Shown piece by piece: positions 13,562 through 26,100 of a DNA stretch of 64,000 bases (the first letter of the stretch is position 1; each line of letters opens with the position of its first letter). The notes under the pieces are model-generated. The model made no database searches, was not told where the DNA came from, and saw nothing but the letters and a program-made list of their open reading frames with translations. The stretch comes from Blepharisma stoltei ATCC 30299. Taxonomy: Eukaryota; Protista; Ciliophora. A program made the position numbers and the translations under genes. Where the stretch lies: NCBI GenBank assembly GCA_965603825.1, contig CBFDEM010000007.1, positions 62,001 to 126,000 on the forward strand. The letters are read 5' to 3'.

Positions 13562-14482
13562 ATGCCAAGAAGCCCTGACTCATCAAAGATGTTTTGGAAT
13601 TTGGCCAAAGATTAAGGAAGGACTTTGGAGTTCTTTGACTGAGATAGTGAAAAAATTTTTGAGCTGAATCTTGGGAGGACGAATTACGGTAATTGAAGGA
13701 AGAATAAGCTGAGACACTGAAGGGAGTGGCGAAGATGAAGACAAGAGTAGGACTGACAAAAAGTATTTAGCTAGTCTATGCAAGGAAATAGCTTCCATGA
13801 GGGAGATATGCTGTATTTGGAAGGACTGATCCAGGTAATGGACAGAATAACTGAATATTTGCCAGAATTAATGACTAAATTAGAAGAAGTAGCCCTGTAA
13901 GAGCGTGATGAAAATTTTCCGTCTTAAATTAAAGCATCTAGAAAAGAAAGAGAAGGAGAAGTTTGATGAAAAATTTCTGTCTTAAATTAAAGCATCTAAA
14001 AAACGAAGGGAAGAAGAAGTTTGAGAAGATATAAAGAATAATAGAAAACTAAAAATCTGGGAAAGGAGAATAAGGATCATGGCGTGCTCCTTAGTTAATC
14101 AAGGGTTTTTAGATGATGGAGATGATCCTAAGAGGAGCGGAGGATGAAAAAAGAATGGAAAAAGCTGAAGATGAAAAATAAGATAAAGACGAAAATGAAG
14201 AAGAGCTAAAAATATAAGTTTACTAGGAAAAAGGCATATATGATTTATGAGAACGGCTAGCAACAGCTTGGAAGAGAAGGGAGAAGCAATGATGGTTCTG
14301 ATGGGCGAAGGTAGAGTTAAGGAAATCTGAAGTGAAGTGCAGCAATAAAGTTATTTCATTAGAAATGCTTAGAGACAAACGTGGACAGAAGATTTTTTAG
14401 ATAAATTGGCTAAATTAGAAGAAGTGTTAGCAAAAATAGTGGAGGAAGCAAGATGAAGTAGATAACTATTCAAGTAGACTAA
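13562..14482 (+). pseudogene. Decayed Glu/Lys-rich gene, repeat copy b
   Basis: Homologous to 6331-7182. Contains a ~58-bp tandem duplication at about 13906-14023. Confidence 0.6.
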
Positions 14483-14849
14483 TTGGGAAAAAAACATAAG
14501 TGCTGCATTAGGTTAGATCTAATTAATGATATTAAGCAGCTCCAATTTTTATTTAAGACACTGTATTTTCCTATTTTTAATAGCTGCTTTATTTTCCTTT
14601 AATTTATCTTTGCTAATTAGGCTTCTTTTTGAGTTCTAAAGAGATTTTCTAAAATCCTGGTATTCCTTCTACACTTTTTAAGTTTTGTATATTTTTAAAA
14701 TGCTAATTTTTTCTATCATTCCTAGCTTTAGAAGGCTTGCTTTCTTAAATTTTTTCTTTATTTTTGTATCTTTTACATAAAAACGAGTCCTCATGATTCC
14801 ATGTCAAAAAATCTGGGCTCTTAATAAACTTTAATATCTAAGCTCAAAA

Positions 14850-17800
14850 ATGAAAGGTCTTATAAGCTTTCTAGCCCTTATATGACTAGCTGTGGGAGAT
14901 CCTAGAAGAACTCCTAAAGATAGATACTTGGATCCTGGAAAAATCAGATGATGAAAAGATACTTGGGCTCCTAATCCTATTGAGCTCTCTCAAGCCAACT
15001 CTGGGACCAGTGGTGTTACTGTCAATATCAATTTTAGACCTCAAACATCTTTGCCGACAACTGGGAATTTGGGAATTGTTATTGTGACTGTGCCATCAAC
15101 TTTTTCAAGCACAACAACTTATACATCTGACTCTATCGCAATAAAGGCAAATACTGATACTTCATATTCTTTTACTTTGGCAACACCTTTACCTCCTGCC
15201 GGAGTCTATGGGCCTTTCCAAATTGTGACTAAAACTTCAACATCTGGGCAAATCTACAACGCAAACTACATTTTTGGTTGTGTTACAGTTTCAGCCTCTA
15301 TTTCTCTTTCTAATTCTTTGACAGTAAGTACAGTCAATTTGACCTCTACTACAGCTGTTGTTGGCTTCTTAGATGGGCTTTACTTTACTTTTGCAATTCC
15401 TGCTGGCATTAATCTTTGGAAACATGACATTTTTGAAATAATCCCTGACAGCCGCTGGACAATTTTTTCAAGCCCAACTTGCACTTCTGTCGATATTTGA
15501 AGCTTTACTAACTATATTAAAGGTCCTAAAGGAGAAAATAGCCTACCTTGTGCTATTGCAGCGAGTGGAGGGGCTAATGGAGGATATAATACTGCTAAAT
15601 CAACCGTAAATCCTGCTACAAACAGTATTTATATATATGGGCTTTCTCAAGACGTGATTATAAATTCAAGTTATCAGGTCAAGCTTCAAGTTTCCAGCTT
15701 TATTCTTCCTCTTGCAACTATTTCAGCGTCAAGCTTCAGTTGGAATCTAAAAATCTGGAGGTGGGGAACTACAAAGTTGCTTGCTCAATATGCTGGAACT
15801 GGGCCATTGGCACCAGTCCCAGGCTCCGTAACAATTATCTCGTGGGTTCCTTATAACATATATTTAGCTTCAACTGACATCCCAGATAGCAGCTCAAACA
15901 GTTTTTACTTGTTTACTAAACTCACTTTTCAAGCAGCCCACGCAATTACATATGGGACAATCGTCATTACCTTTGACGGCAACGCAGATATTTCTTCTGG
16001 GTACTGGTGGCAAGACCATGAGGACACACTCCATAATGCTAGAGGAAAATGCTATTTGAATAACTACATAAAAGGTATTACATGCAGTGTCAGTGGCTCA
16101 AAGGCAACTATAACTATAGCTTGAGATGCTACTTTGGCAGCATATACAGCTATCTCAATCACATTATTGACCAAACTTACCACAGGAGCTGGAATTGCCT
16201 CAATAGTAACTACTGATTCAGCTACCTCTGCGAATATTGATCAAACTACTAGTCCATACTCTTGGTCATTTAACTCTGCTTCGACTTATGTACCTATGAC
16301 TAGTTTCCAATTCTTTGCAACTGCTACAAATGAAATACCTGCAGGTGGAACGCTCACTGGAGGGGAACAAAAAGGAGGATATATTGGATTCCAATATTTA
16401 ATGTGATATATGACCCCAAAAAACGACTGGTCTACATCTACCACATTAAAAATCAGTTTACCAATTTCTAATTCAGGGGTGCAGCTGCTTACATCTTATA
16501 TTTCTAATGATGCCACATATAAAGAAAAAATACTTCAAAGCTCAGATTATGCTTCAAGCGCTGTAGCACTTGAATCGGCTATAAACACCCGAGTTCTCAG
16601 TGTTGGAAATCCAGGATCTATTATAATTACATTTAATGCAGGCGCATACCCTACAACAGGAGGTAAGAATATGTTTGCTTTTTCATATGGGGACAACTCA
16701 AATTATCCTGCTCAAGTTTCATTGCCATTTGTAGCATCAAATGTGGCTACTTTCTATGAGTGTTGGGCTAAGGCTACATCTACAGCAAATGGATGATTAG
16801 TAACTGAATTTTCGAGCTATGTTTTCTCAGTAATAACATCACTAACAGATTATTATTTAAATGTTGCTTCACTGTGCACTGACAATTATGCTGGAATTCC
16901 AATTGCTGTAGTTTTTCATGCTTTGAATATGAAATTTAATTTTGGAGACTCAGCAAACCTATATTATCTAGATGTAGAATTTAGCTCTTTAGGATCAAGC
17001 AATTTAGGGACTGGGGCAACTGATAAAGTACAAATCCCTGTAGCTAGTGCAGCAATTGGAGCAAGAGCCACTCTTGACCCAACATCAAAAAAAGTAACGA
17101 TCTCTGGACTTGGATTTGTTGATGTGAGCAATACAGTAACCGTTTATCTGCCTTATGGAGGAGATATAACTACAAGCTATACTAAACTCAAACTTTCTAT
17201 TATCTTGTGGCTGGAGCTGACCCAGCTAATAAAATAGTTCTATATACTGGAGCAGGAGGAAGCACCTTCACTTCATCAGGCCAAGTGCTGTTTTCTTCAG
17301 AATCATTTACGAGCCCTGCATCTGGGGCATATACTGTTGGAGAAACTTCTGTTACTACAGCACTAAGTGTAACAACTGACTCTTCGATAACTTCCGATAT
17401 AACTACAGGCTGGATTGGAGTTGGACTACCTGCAGGTTTTACTTCCACATCTACTAAACTAAGCTTAGGCTCAAATTCTGAAAATTTATATAGTGCCACT
17501 TCATCAAGCAGCTCATTTATAGGAGGATTCATGATAGCACCAATTTCTTCCAGTATGTTAGTTACTCACGGAGCAGCAAATACTCTTTCAATGGATAGTG
17601 GCCTAAATGCTCCATCTTCTACAGGGTCATTATCAGGGTCAGGAACAGGAATCCTCACTGTATTTATAGCAGAACCTATAATAGGCAACGCTTGCAGATG
17701 CGCATCACAATCTACCCCATTAAGAGCAATTATAAACCCTGCGACGATTACTTCTGATACCTGTACACTAGACAAACTCTTTGCTCAAGGCTCAGACTCA

Positions 17801-18241
17801 GTCGATTCCACCCTCACTTTTAAATTTACAACTGTAAATCCTATTCCTGCAGGCGGAAAAATTATTATTACTCTAGCTTCAGGTTCCTGGAATTTGCCAT
17901 CGACGCCTCCTCTTAAAAGCACATGCCAAGGAGTTGGGTTTTCTGATCAATCCAAAACTCTCCAACAATTATGTTCTGCATCAGGAACAACAGTCACTTT
18001 GAGTCAATTTTCTCAGATTGCTGCAGGTTCAGTCACTGTAAAGCTGTACCATGTAATCCCAATCTCCACAGCTGCAGGCTCAATAAATTGCTTTACAGCT
18101 GTAAGTACTTATGATGCAAATGGCAATTTTATAGATTCTGCATCTAGCAACTTAACTAACTCTGTCACTGTAGCAGTTTCAACTGCAGCAGGTACCACAA
18201 GCACCAATTCTTTTCTTTCTAAACCATATCCAAATGGCTAG
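14850..18241 (+). pseudogene. Surface-protein family copy 3 (type A), 1-nt frameshift, truncated
   Basis: ATG at 14850, open through TGA codons to a 1-nt deletion near 17184 (actaaactcaa vs actacaactca). The second frame ends ...KPYPNG-TAG at 18241, where it is fused to the family 3' flank (tggctagaaagcc). The single indel could be an assembly error. Confidence 0.75.
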
Positions 18242-19583
18242 AAAGCCTTAACTTATCAATCTTTTGTAGATCCTCTAAATTCTTAGGTTTTATATTTTTC
18301 TATTTAATTATGCCTCATTTTCTGTTTAATTTACTTATGTATTTATCTTGTGCTTATCTCATACTTATCTGCTTCTATTTCTAATTAAGTGGAGATGAAG
18401 CAGCCATATATTAAAAATGATTTCTATACCAAGATGGACAGTATTTATGTTTCATTTTGGGATTTGCAAAGAAGCTTTTCTTGAATTTCAATATAGGAAA
18501 GCTCATAATGCCTTTTCAGCAAGTTTTTAAATGAAAGACCTTTTATTCTTTTCCTTAAAGAATAAAAAGAATTAATTTACTATATTTTATACCTGATTTT
18601 GGTTCTTATATAGCAATGAAGCTTCTAAATACTTAAAAAGCTCGATGGTATTTAAGAAGAAGATACATAAAATCTCTTCAGCCCCCGATTTTGCTCAAGT
18701 CATAAAACTTTATATATAATCCTTAACAATCTAATTAAAGTTTTAAAATTAATTATATCATGACTATCCTTTGTGCTTTACAAATTTCCTAATCTTTTTG
18801 ATATGGGCTTAAAGGGCATGACGCAGGTCTGATAAGAAGTCTTGGAAATCTTGACTGAATGAATTAATTTATTAAGTCAAAATAATTAAAAATCCCATAA
18901 AAAGCAAAGAATATGATAAAGATTAATTATCAAGCATGATAAGATCATTAGAATTAACAAAATCCCAAATATCAAAGGCAATGAGACATATAAAATACAA
19001 AATTTTAGTCGAAAAGCGGGAAGGTTATTAATTAAAATTAAAAAATCACTTATTTCAGCATTAAAAATTAGATGAAGTTTAAACTCATTAATCTTCATGC
19101 TTTTAGATTGCTTTTAACCTCATTATTGTTAAAGAACGATTTAAAACTTTAATTTTTTTATCAAATTAATGATCTTCATTTATACTCCAATTGTAAATCT
19201 TAATGAAAAATCATTTCGCATCAAAAATAATAATAAAAAATCACAGGCTAATAGAATTATTTGCAAGAGTAATTCCTAAGAGCAAAAAAGTTAATAGCAT
19301 ATCCTAATTTTATAAAACCTCAAAAAAAGTGATTTTGGTAGATATCGTAAGATTGCCCATATTAAACAACGTTATTGATATATTTCTGACATAACCTTTT
19401 TTTTAAAAAATTTAAATTGCATGTTATATTTTTAGAATATTTAAGAGAAAGACTATTTGAAAATATAAGAAAAGCCAATATCTCTTTAGATTAAGCAATA
19501 GAAAGGAATTTTTGAATTTAAATAATAAATAATAGAGTCAGAATATAGAGAAATATTCATAATTTAATTAGGCGATAAAAATA

Positions 19584-20138
19584 ATGGATTCAAAGATTAG
19601 AGACTCAAAAGCATTTAAATGCAATCCCTTATACCGATTTTATAACACTCTTGAAGGGGCACTGATAGAATTCATTCGAAATGAAGGACAAGCTTCACTG
19701 CATCAGATAATGGAGCATATCGAAGGCAAAAAGAAAAGGCTGAGAACAATATCTTCAAGAAAATACAAGAAAGAGAGCGTTGAAGAATTAGTGTTCCCAG
19801 CTCTGTTTGGTAAGAAAAAACTATTTAATCAAATTTCAGCAGGAGTTTGAACAGTCAATGTAATACAAATTTAGACCAATTTTGCACTAGAATATGAACA
19901 AAAAGTTGTTAAAGAAATAGAAAGAATAAAAGAGAAAAATAATCAAGAAAGTTATGAGAGGTATATGCAACGCAAAATAACACTAAAAGAGGAAGAAAAA
20001 TTGAAAATTTTTGAAAAAAGTATTGATACTGATATTTATAACAAGCTTGATCAATTGGTGGATATTTTGGAGTCCTCGAATGAAGAAATGCAAAGGCAAT
20101 TTCAAGCATTTATGGAGCTTAATCAACTCTGAAAATAG
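19584..20138 (+). CDS. Small winged-helix-like (HARE-HTH-like) protein with charged helical tail, 179 aa; exons 19584-19859 and 19875-20138
   Basis: TGA 19848 read as Trp (GVWTVN). Removing the 15-nt intron GTAATACAAATTTAG removes an in-frame TAG and opens 88 more codons. The pattern TLEGALIEFIR..GQASLHQIMEHI...KYKK...LF...GVW resembles a winged helix; the fold is an inference. Confidence 0.75.
19860..19874 (+). other. 15-nt spliceosomal intron
   Basis: GTAATACAAATTTAG, A at position 10, contains an in-frame stop. Confidence 0.85.
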
Positions 20139-20522
20139 TGAAATAAGCATATTTCTTAATATAAAAAATTATAACGAATTATTATTTTACTTACGATTTT
20201 CGGGCTATTGTAGATAAAATTAAAATGGCAAAAGCAAACCTTAAAGTCAAAAGATAGAGAGATAATGCGAGATCCAAGAGCTTGTAGAGAGGAAATAAGA
20301 ATTGTGGCTTTAAAGCAAAACTCTTCAAGATTGTTAGCATGAAGTATTAAATGGAAAAAAGGACATGAAATATTGGGAAAAAAGATATAAATATTCTCAT
20401 CAAATCATTAGATATTGCATGAATTAAAAGATAAGTGATGCATACTTTATAAGTGCTCCTCTAATTTAATTATCCCTTTATTTAGTGAGATCTTATATTT
20501 TAATATCATTTGCTTAATTCCC

Positions 20523-21131
20523 TTATGGATAAGCTGATCTTATCATCATCTTAAGATCATCAGCCACTTGCTTGTTTCCTGAAACCATTATCAAATAAGT
20601 TTTGGTTATCATCGAAGGGTCAGTTGTATTGCTCATTAAATCTTCTTCAATCTGCCTTTTTATTTTCTGCATTTTTGCGATTTTTTCCCTTCTTTTTTTA
20701 GTTTTTTCATTATATTTTATTTTACTCCTTTCTAGGTATACGTTTTTAGCAAATTTGTACTTGGTCTCATACTTTTGAGCTTCCTCTTCCTAATTTTAAA
20801 TTACGTTTAAGTAGTAGTGAAAGCGATCATTTAATAAGAAAAGCTTTGGGTACCAAGACAGCGCATAATCTACGATTTTAAAGGCATCTTTTTTGTATTT
20901 CCCTTTTGTTGAGGTGAGAAGAGTGTGCTCTTTAGATTTCACATGCTCTATTATACTTTCTATTGGAGATGGGCTGTGCTTCCTTAGGAAATTGATAATG
21001 CATCCAACTGCAGTGTTTTTAAGTATTATGAGCCGATCATTACCACTTTCTTGGCAATGTGGATTTTCTAGCATGCTAGGGCTTCTGCTGGGTGATGCGT
21101 TCTCCAACTGACTTATAATATTTTTGACCAT
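20523..21131 (-). CDS. Winged-helix-like family protein, 197 aa; exons 21131-20805 and 20789-20523
   Basis: Removing GTAATTTAAAATTAG (20804-20790) extends the ORF with EEEAQKYETKYK...DDLKMMIRSAYP. Close paralog of 36589-37293. Confidence 0.8.
20790..20804 (-). other. 15-nt spliceosomal intron
   Basis: GTAATTTAAAATTAG on the minus strand, A at position 10, contains in-frame stops, same position as in the paralogs. Confidence 0.85.
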
Positions 21132-21837
21132 CTTTTTAATTATCTACATAAGTTAGACAATCGTAAATAAAATGGTTAATTCCAATTTAAAAAATTTAAA
21201 AAAATTTTAGGCAATTATTTCTCTTAAATCTTTTGTCTATATTTGCCTTTCACTCTTTGAATGGACTTTTGCAACTTATTTTTATTGATTAGGCTATTCT
21301 TGCTTCATTGCGCATACTTTAAATTTCGCTTTCTTGAAATGCTTGTTTTAATACAGTATGATATCAATAATTTTTTACGTTGGTATCAATCTAGCGTATT
21401 TATAATATATTTTGCTTGCTAGCTCTTTCCAAGGGCCTATCAACCTTAGATCAAAAGTTGAATTTTAGAATTTTTAAACTTATTAATATTGCATGCGTTC
21501 TAGTCTACTGATTTTTTCATATTTTTCCTATTTTTGGCACAAATTTAATTTGTGCTGATTTTTCTTTCCATAAAGAAAGCTAAAATTTGCAGAAACCTTT
21601 ATAAATCTTATATGCAAAAAGGCTGAGATATCTAATAATATAAAAACTTAAAAATATTGTTTATTTTCATGTAATTTATGAATTATCAAAAATAAAGTGT
21701 TTCAGCTTCAGACAGTATTTTAATTTTTAGATTGAGGATAGTAATTATTCTGATATAAAGCTTATAATAATTAAAATTAGGCTAAGCAAGTAATTTTTCC
21801 TATCAAACAATTACTTTTTATTAAATAGAGCCTAAAA

Positions 21838-22772
21838 ATGCCAAGAAGGCTTGACTCATCAAAGCTGTTTATAAATTTGACCAAAAATTAAGGAAGGAAT
21901 TTGGAGAGCTTTGGCTCAGATAGTGAGAAAATTTTGCTATTGGAGGAGCTGGAATCCTGGGAGGAGGAATTATGGTAATTGAAGGAAGAATGAGCTGAGA
22001 CTGAAAGGAGGGACGAAGATGAAGGCAAGAGCGGAAATGGCAAGGAGAAATTAGGTAGGCTATGCAAGGAAATAGCTTGCATGAGGGAGATCTGCTGTAT
22101 TGGGAAGAACTGATCCAGATTACAGACAGAGCAGCGAGTATAAGGGAGGAGCAAATACTAGAGTAACAGATGATATGCCAGAATTAATGACTGAATTAGA
22201 AGAAGTAGCTCTGGAAGAGACTGATAAAAAATTTCCTTATTAAATTAAAGCATCTAGAAATGAAAGAGAAGGAGAAGTTTGATGAAAAATTTCTCTCTTA
22301 AATTAAAGCATCTAAAAAACGAAAGGAAGGAGAAGTTTGAGAAGATATAAAGAAGGAAGAGGAAACTGAATAACTGGGAAAGGAGAATAAGGATCATGGA
22401 GTGCTCCTTAGTTAATCAAGGGCTTTAAATGATGGAGATGATCCTAAGAGGAACAGAGGATTAAAAAAGAAGGGAAAAGCTGAAGATGAAAGCTAAAAAT
22501 ATAGGGGTTTACTTGGAAAAAGGCATATATGATTGATTAGAAAAGCTAGCAACAGCTTGGAAGAGAAGGAAGAAGCATGATGGTTCTGATGGGCGAAGGT
22601 AGAGATAAGGAAATCTGAAGTGAAGTGCAGCAATAAAGTTATTTCATTAAGAAATACTTAGGGACAAAGCGTGGACAGAAGATTTGCTAGATAAATTGGC
22701 TGAATTAGAAGAAGTGCTAGCAAAAATAGCGGAGGAAGCGAGATGAAGCAGATAACTATTCAAGTTGACTAA
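21838..22772 (+). pseudogene. Decayed Glu/Lys-rich gene, repeat copy c
   Basis: Homologous to 6331-7182. Shares the ~58-bp tandem duplication with copy b (about 22222-22340). Confidence 0.6.
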
Positions 22773-23121
22773 TGGGGGGAGAAAAAAAACATAAGTGCTG
22801 CATTAGGTTAGATCTAATTAATGCTAAGACACTGTATTTTCCTATTTCTAAAGCTGTTTTATTTTTCCTTTAATTTATCTTTGCTAATTAGGCTTCTTTT
22901 TGAGTTCTAAAGAGATTTTCTAAAATCCCAGTATTTCTTCCACATTTTTTAGTTTTTTGTATATTTTTAAAATGCTAATTTTTTCTATCATTCCTAGCAT
23001 GAGGAGGCTTGTCTTCTTAAATTTTTTCTTTATTTTTGTAACTTTTATATAAAAACGAGTTCTCATGATTCCATGTCAAAAAAATCAGGCTCTTAATAAA
23101 TTTTAATATTTAAGCTCAAAA

Positions 23122-26100
23122 ATGAAAAGTCTTATAAGCTTTCTAGCCCTTCTATGACTAGCTGTAGGAGATCCTTCAAGAACTGCTAAAGATGGATACT
23201 TAGATCCTGGAAAAATCAGATGATGAAAAGATACTTGGGCTCCTAATCCTATTGAGCTTTCCCAAACCAATTCTGGGACTTCCAGTGTCACTGTCACTGT
23301 ACATTTTAGACCTCAAACATCTTTACCAACAACTGGGAATTTGGGGATTGTTATTGTGACTGTGCCATCAGCTTTGTCGAGCACAACAATTTATACTTCT
23401 AGCTCTATCGCAATAAAGGCAAATACTGATACTTCGTATTCTTTTATTTTGGCAACAGCTTTACCTTCTGCCGGAGTTTACGGGCCTTTCCAAATTGTGA
23501 CTAAAACTTCACCATCTGGGCAGATCTACGATGCAAACTACGTTTTTGGTTGTGTCGCAGTTTCAGCCTCTGTTTCAGCTTCTTCTAATTCTTTGACCGT
23601 AAGCGCAGTCACTTTGACTTCTTCTACAGCTATTGTTGGCTCCTCAGATGGACTTTACTTTACTTTTACAATTCCTACTGGCACAAATCTTTGAAAACAC
23701 GACATTTTTGAAATCGTCCCTGACACCTACTGGACAATTCCTTCAAGCCCAACTTGTTCTTCTGTCGATATTTCAAGCACTACTAACTATATCAAAGGCC
23801 CTAAAGGAGGCAATAGTCTACCTTGTGCTATTGCAGCTACCGGAGGGGCTAATGGAGGATATAGCACTGCTAAATCAACCGCAACCCCTGCTACAAACAG
23901 TATTTATATATATGGGCTTTCTCAAGACGTGATTATAACATCAAGTTATCAGGTCAAGCTTAAAGTTTCCAGCTTTACTCTCCCTCTCGCAACTATTTCA
24001 TCGTCAAACTTTAGTTGGAATCTAAAAATCTGGAGGTGGGGAACTACCAACCTTCTTGCTCAATATGCTGGAACTGGGCCATTGACACCAGTTGCAGGCT
24101 CCGTAACAATTAACTCGTGGGCTCCTTATAATATCAATTTAGCTTCAACTGACATCCCAGATAGCAGTTCAAACAATTTTTACTTGTTTACTAAGCTCAA
24201 TTTTCAAGCAGCCCACGCAATAACATATGGGACAATCGTCATTACCTTTAACAGCAACGCAGATATTTCTTCTGGGTACTGGTGGCAAGATCATGAGGAC
24301 ACACTCCATGATACTAGAGGAAAATGTTATCTGAATACCTACGTAAAAGGTATTACATGCAGTGTCAGTAGCTCAAAAGCAACTATAACTATAGCGTCAG
24401 GTGTTACTTTGGCAGCAAATACAGCTATCTCAATCACATTATTGACCAAACTTACCTCAGGAGCCGGAATTACCTCAATAATAACTACTGATGGAATTTC
24501 TTCTACGACTATTGATCGAATTACTACTGCAACCTCATGGCCATTTAACTCTGCATATTCGACTTATGTACCTATGACTAGTTTCCAATTCTTTGCAACT
24601 GCTACAAATGAAATACCTATAAGTGGAATGCTCACTTCAGGGGAACAAAAAGGAGGATATATTAATGGAATCCAATATTTAATGTGGTATATGACCCCAA
24701 AAAATGACTGGTCTGCATCCACCACATTAAAAGTCAGTTTACCAATTTCTAATTCAGGGGTGCAGCTGCTTACATCTTATATTACTACTTGCGCCACATA
24801 TAAAGAAAAAATACTTGCAATCTGAGATTATTCTTCAAGCACTGTAGCGCTTGAATCGGCTGTAAACACCCCAACTCTCAATGCTGGAAATCCAGGATCT
24901 ATTTCGATTGCATTTAATGCGAACGGATTCCCTACCACATCAAATAAGAATATGTTTGCTTTTTCATATGGGGATAACTCAGGTGCTTCTGTTCAAAATG
25001 CGCTGCCATTTGTAGCATCAAATGTAGCTACTTTCTATGAGTGTTGGGCTAAGACTTCATCTACAACAAATGGAGCAGTAACTGAATTCTCTAACTATGT
25101 TTTCTCAGTAATAACATCACAAGTTGATTCTGCATTAAAAGTTGCTTCACTGTACAAAGACAATTATGCTGGAATTCCAATTGCTGTAGTTTTCCATGCT
25201 TTGAATGCTCAAGCTCTAAACCCACTCCCATCTTAAACCCCTCTAAAACAAATTATCTATGATTGATAAAAGAAAAATATATAAAGAGACTCATTTTTAT
25301 ACTTTTTTAGAAAATTAACCATGATTGGGAAATCAAGAATTATTAGGGGTTTTAGCAATAAAAATGCAAATAGTAAATTATATGAATGAACTAGAAACGT
25401 TTTAATGTATTAGGTGCTTTCTATAAAATCAGAGACCCAAATTTGAAAAACCTCTAATAACGAGAAATTTCCTATCTACTCATATGAAATTTACTATCTG
25501 CAATTTATCCTAGATCCCCTATAATTTATTTTAATGGAAACTTTAAATCGTTTAGCTGCCTTATTGAAAGACTTAAAATCAATAAAAAATTTAAAAATCC
25601 ATTTGTAGACACAGGAAAATAGAATTCCATAATACCCGCCACCGGGTAATAATTGAGAAAGACTTCAAAAGAATGGTATAAAACTAAAGTATCAAATGAT
25701 GAAGACAATGCTATTGATGCTACGAATGGGGCTACTAAGTTAGATGAAAGTCAAGGCAAAGATGGCAGTGCAAGTGAAGACGAAGATATCAGCGAAAATG
25801 AATTTCAGATAAAGATAAAGAGAAGGATAAGGAAATGGAAGAAGGGAAATATGCTGATTGGATACCTGTAAGAGTATATCTGCTCTGCAACACAGACAAA
25901 AGACAGTACGCCATTTACCGGCAAATAATATTGATAACAGAAAACTTGGATGGAAAATAGAGATACTGATTGCTACTGATTTAAAGGTGAAGTTAAAGAG
26001 CACGGATTAAAAAAATACGATTTAAGGAGAGATAGCAACATACAGAGAAAGATTGTTTCGGATCTAAATTGTTGAATGATGGAGTGGAGCTTAATTTTAT

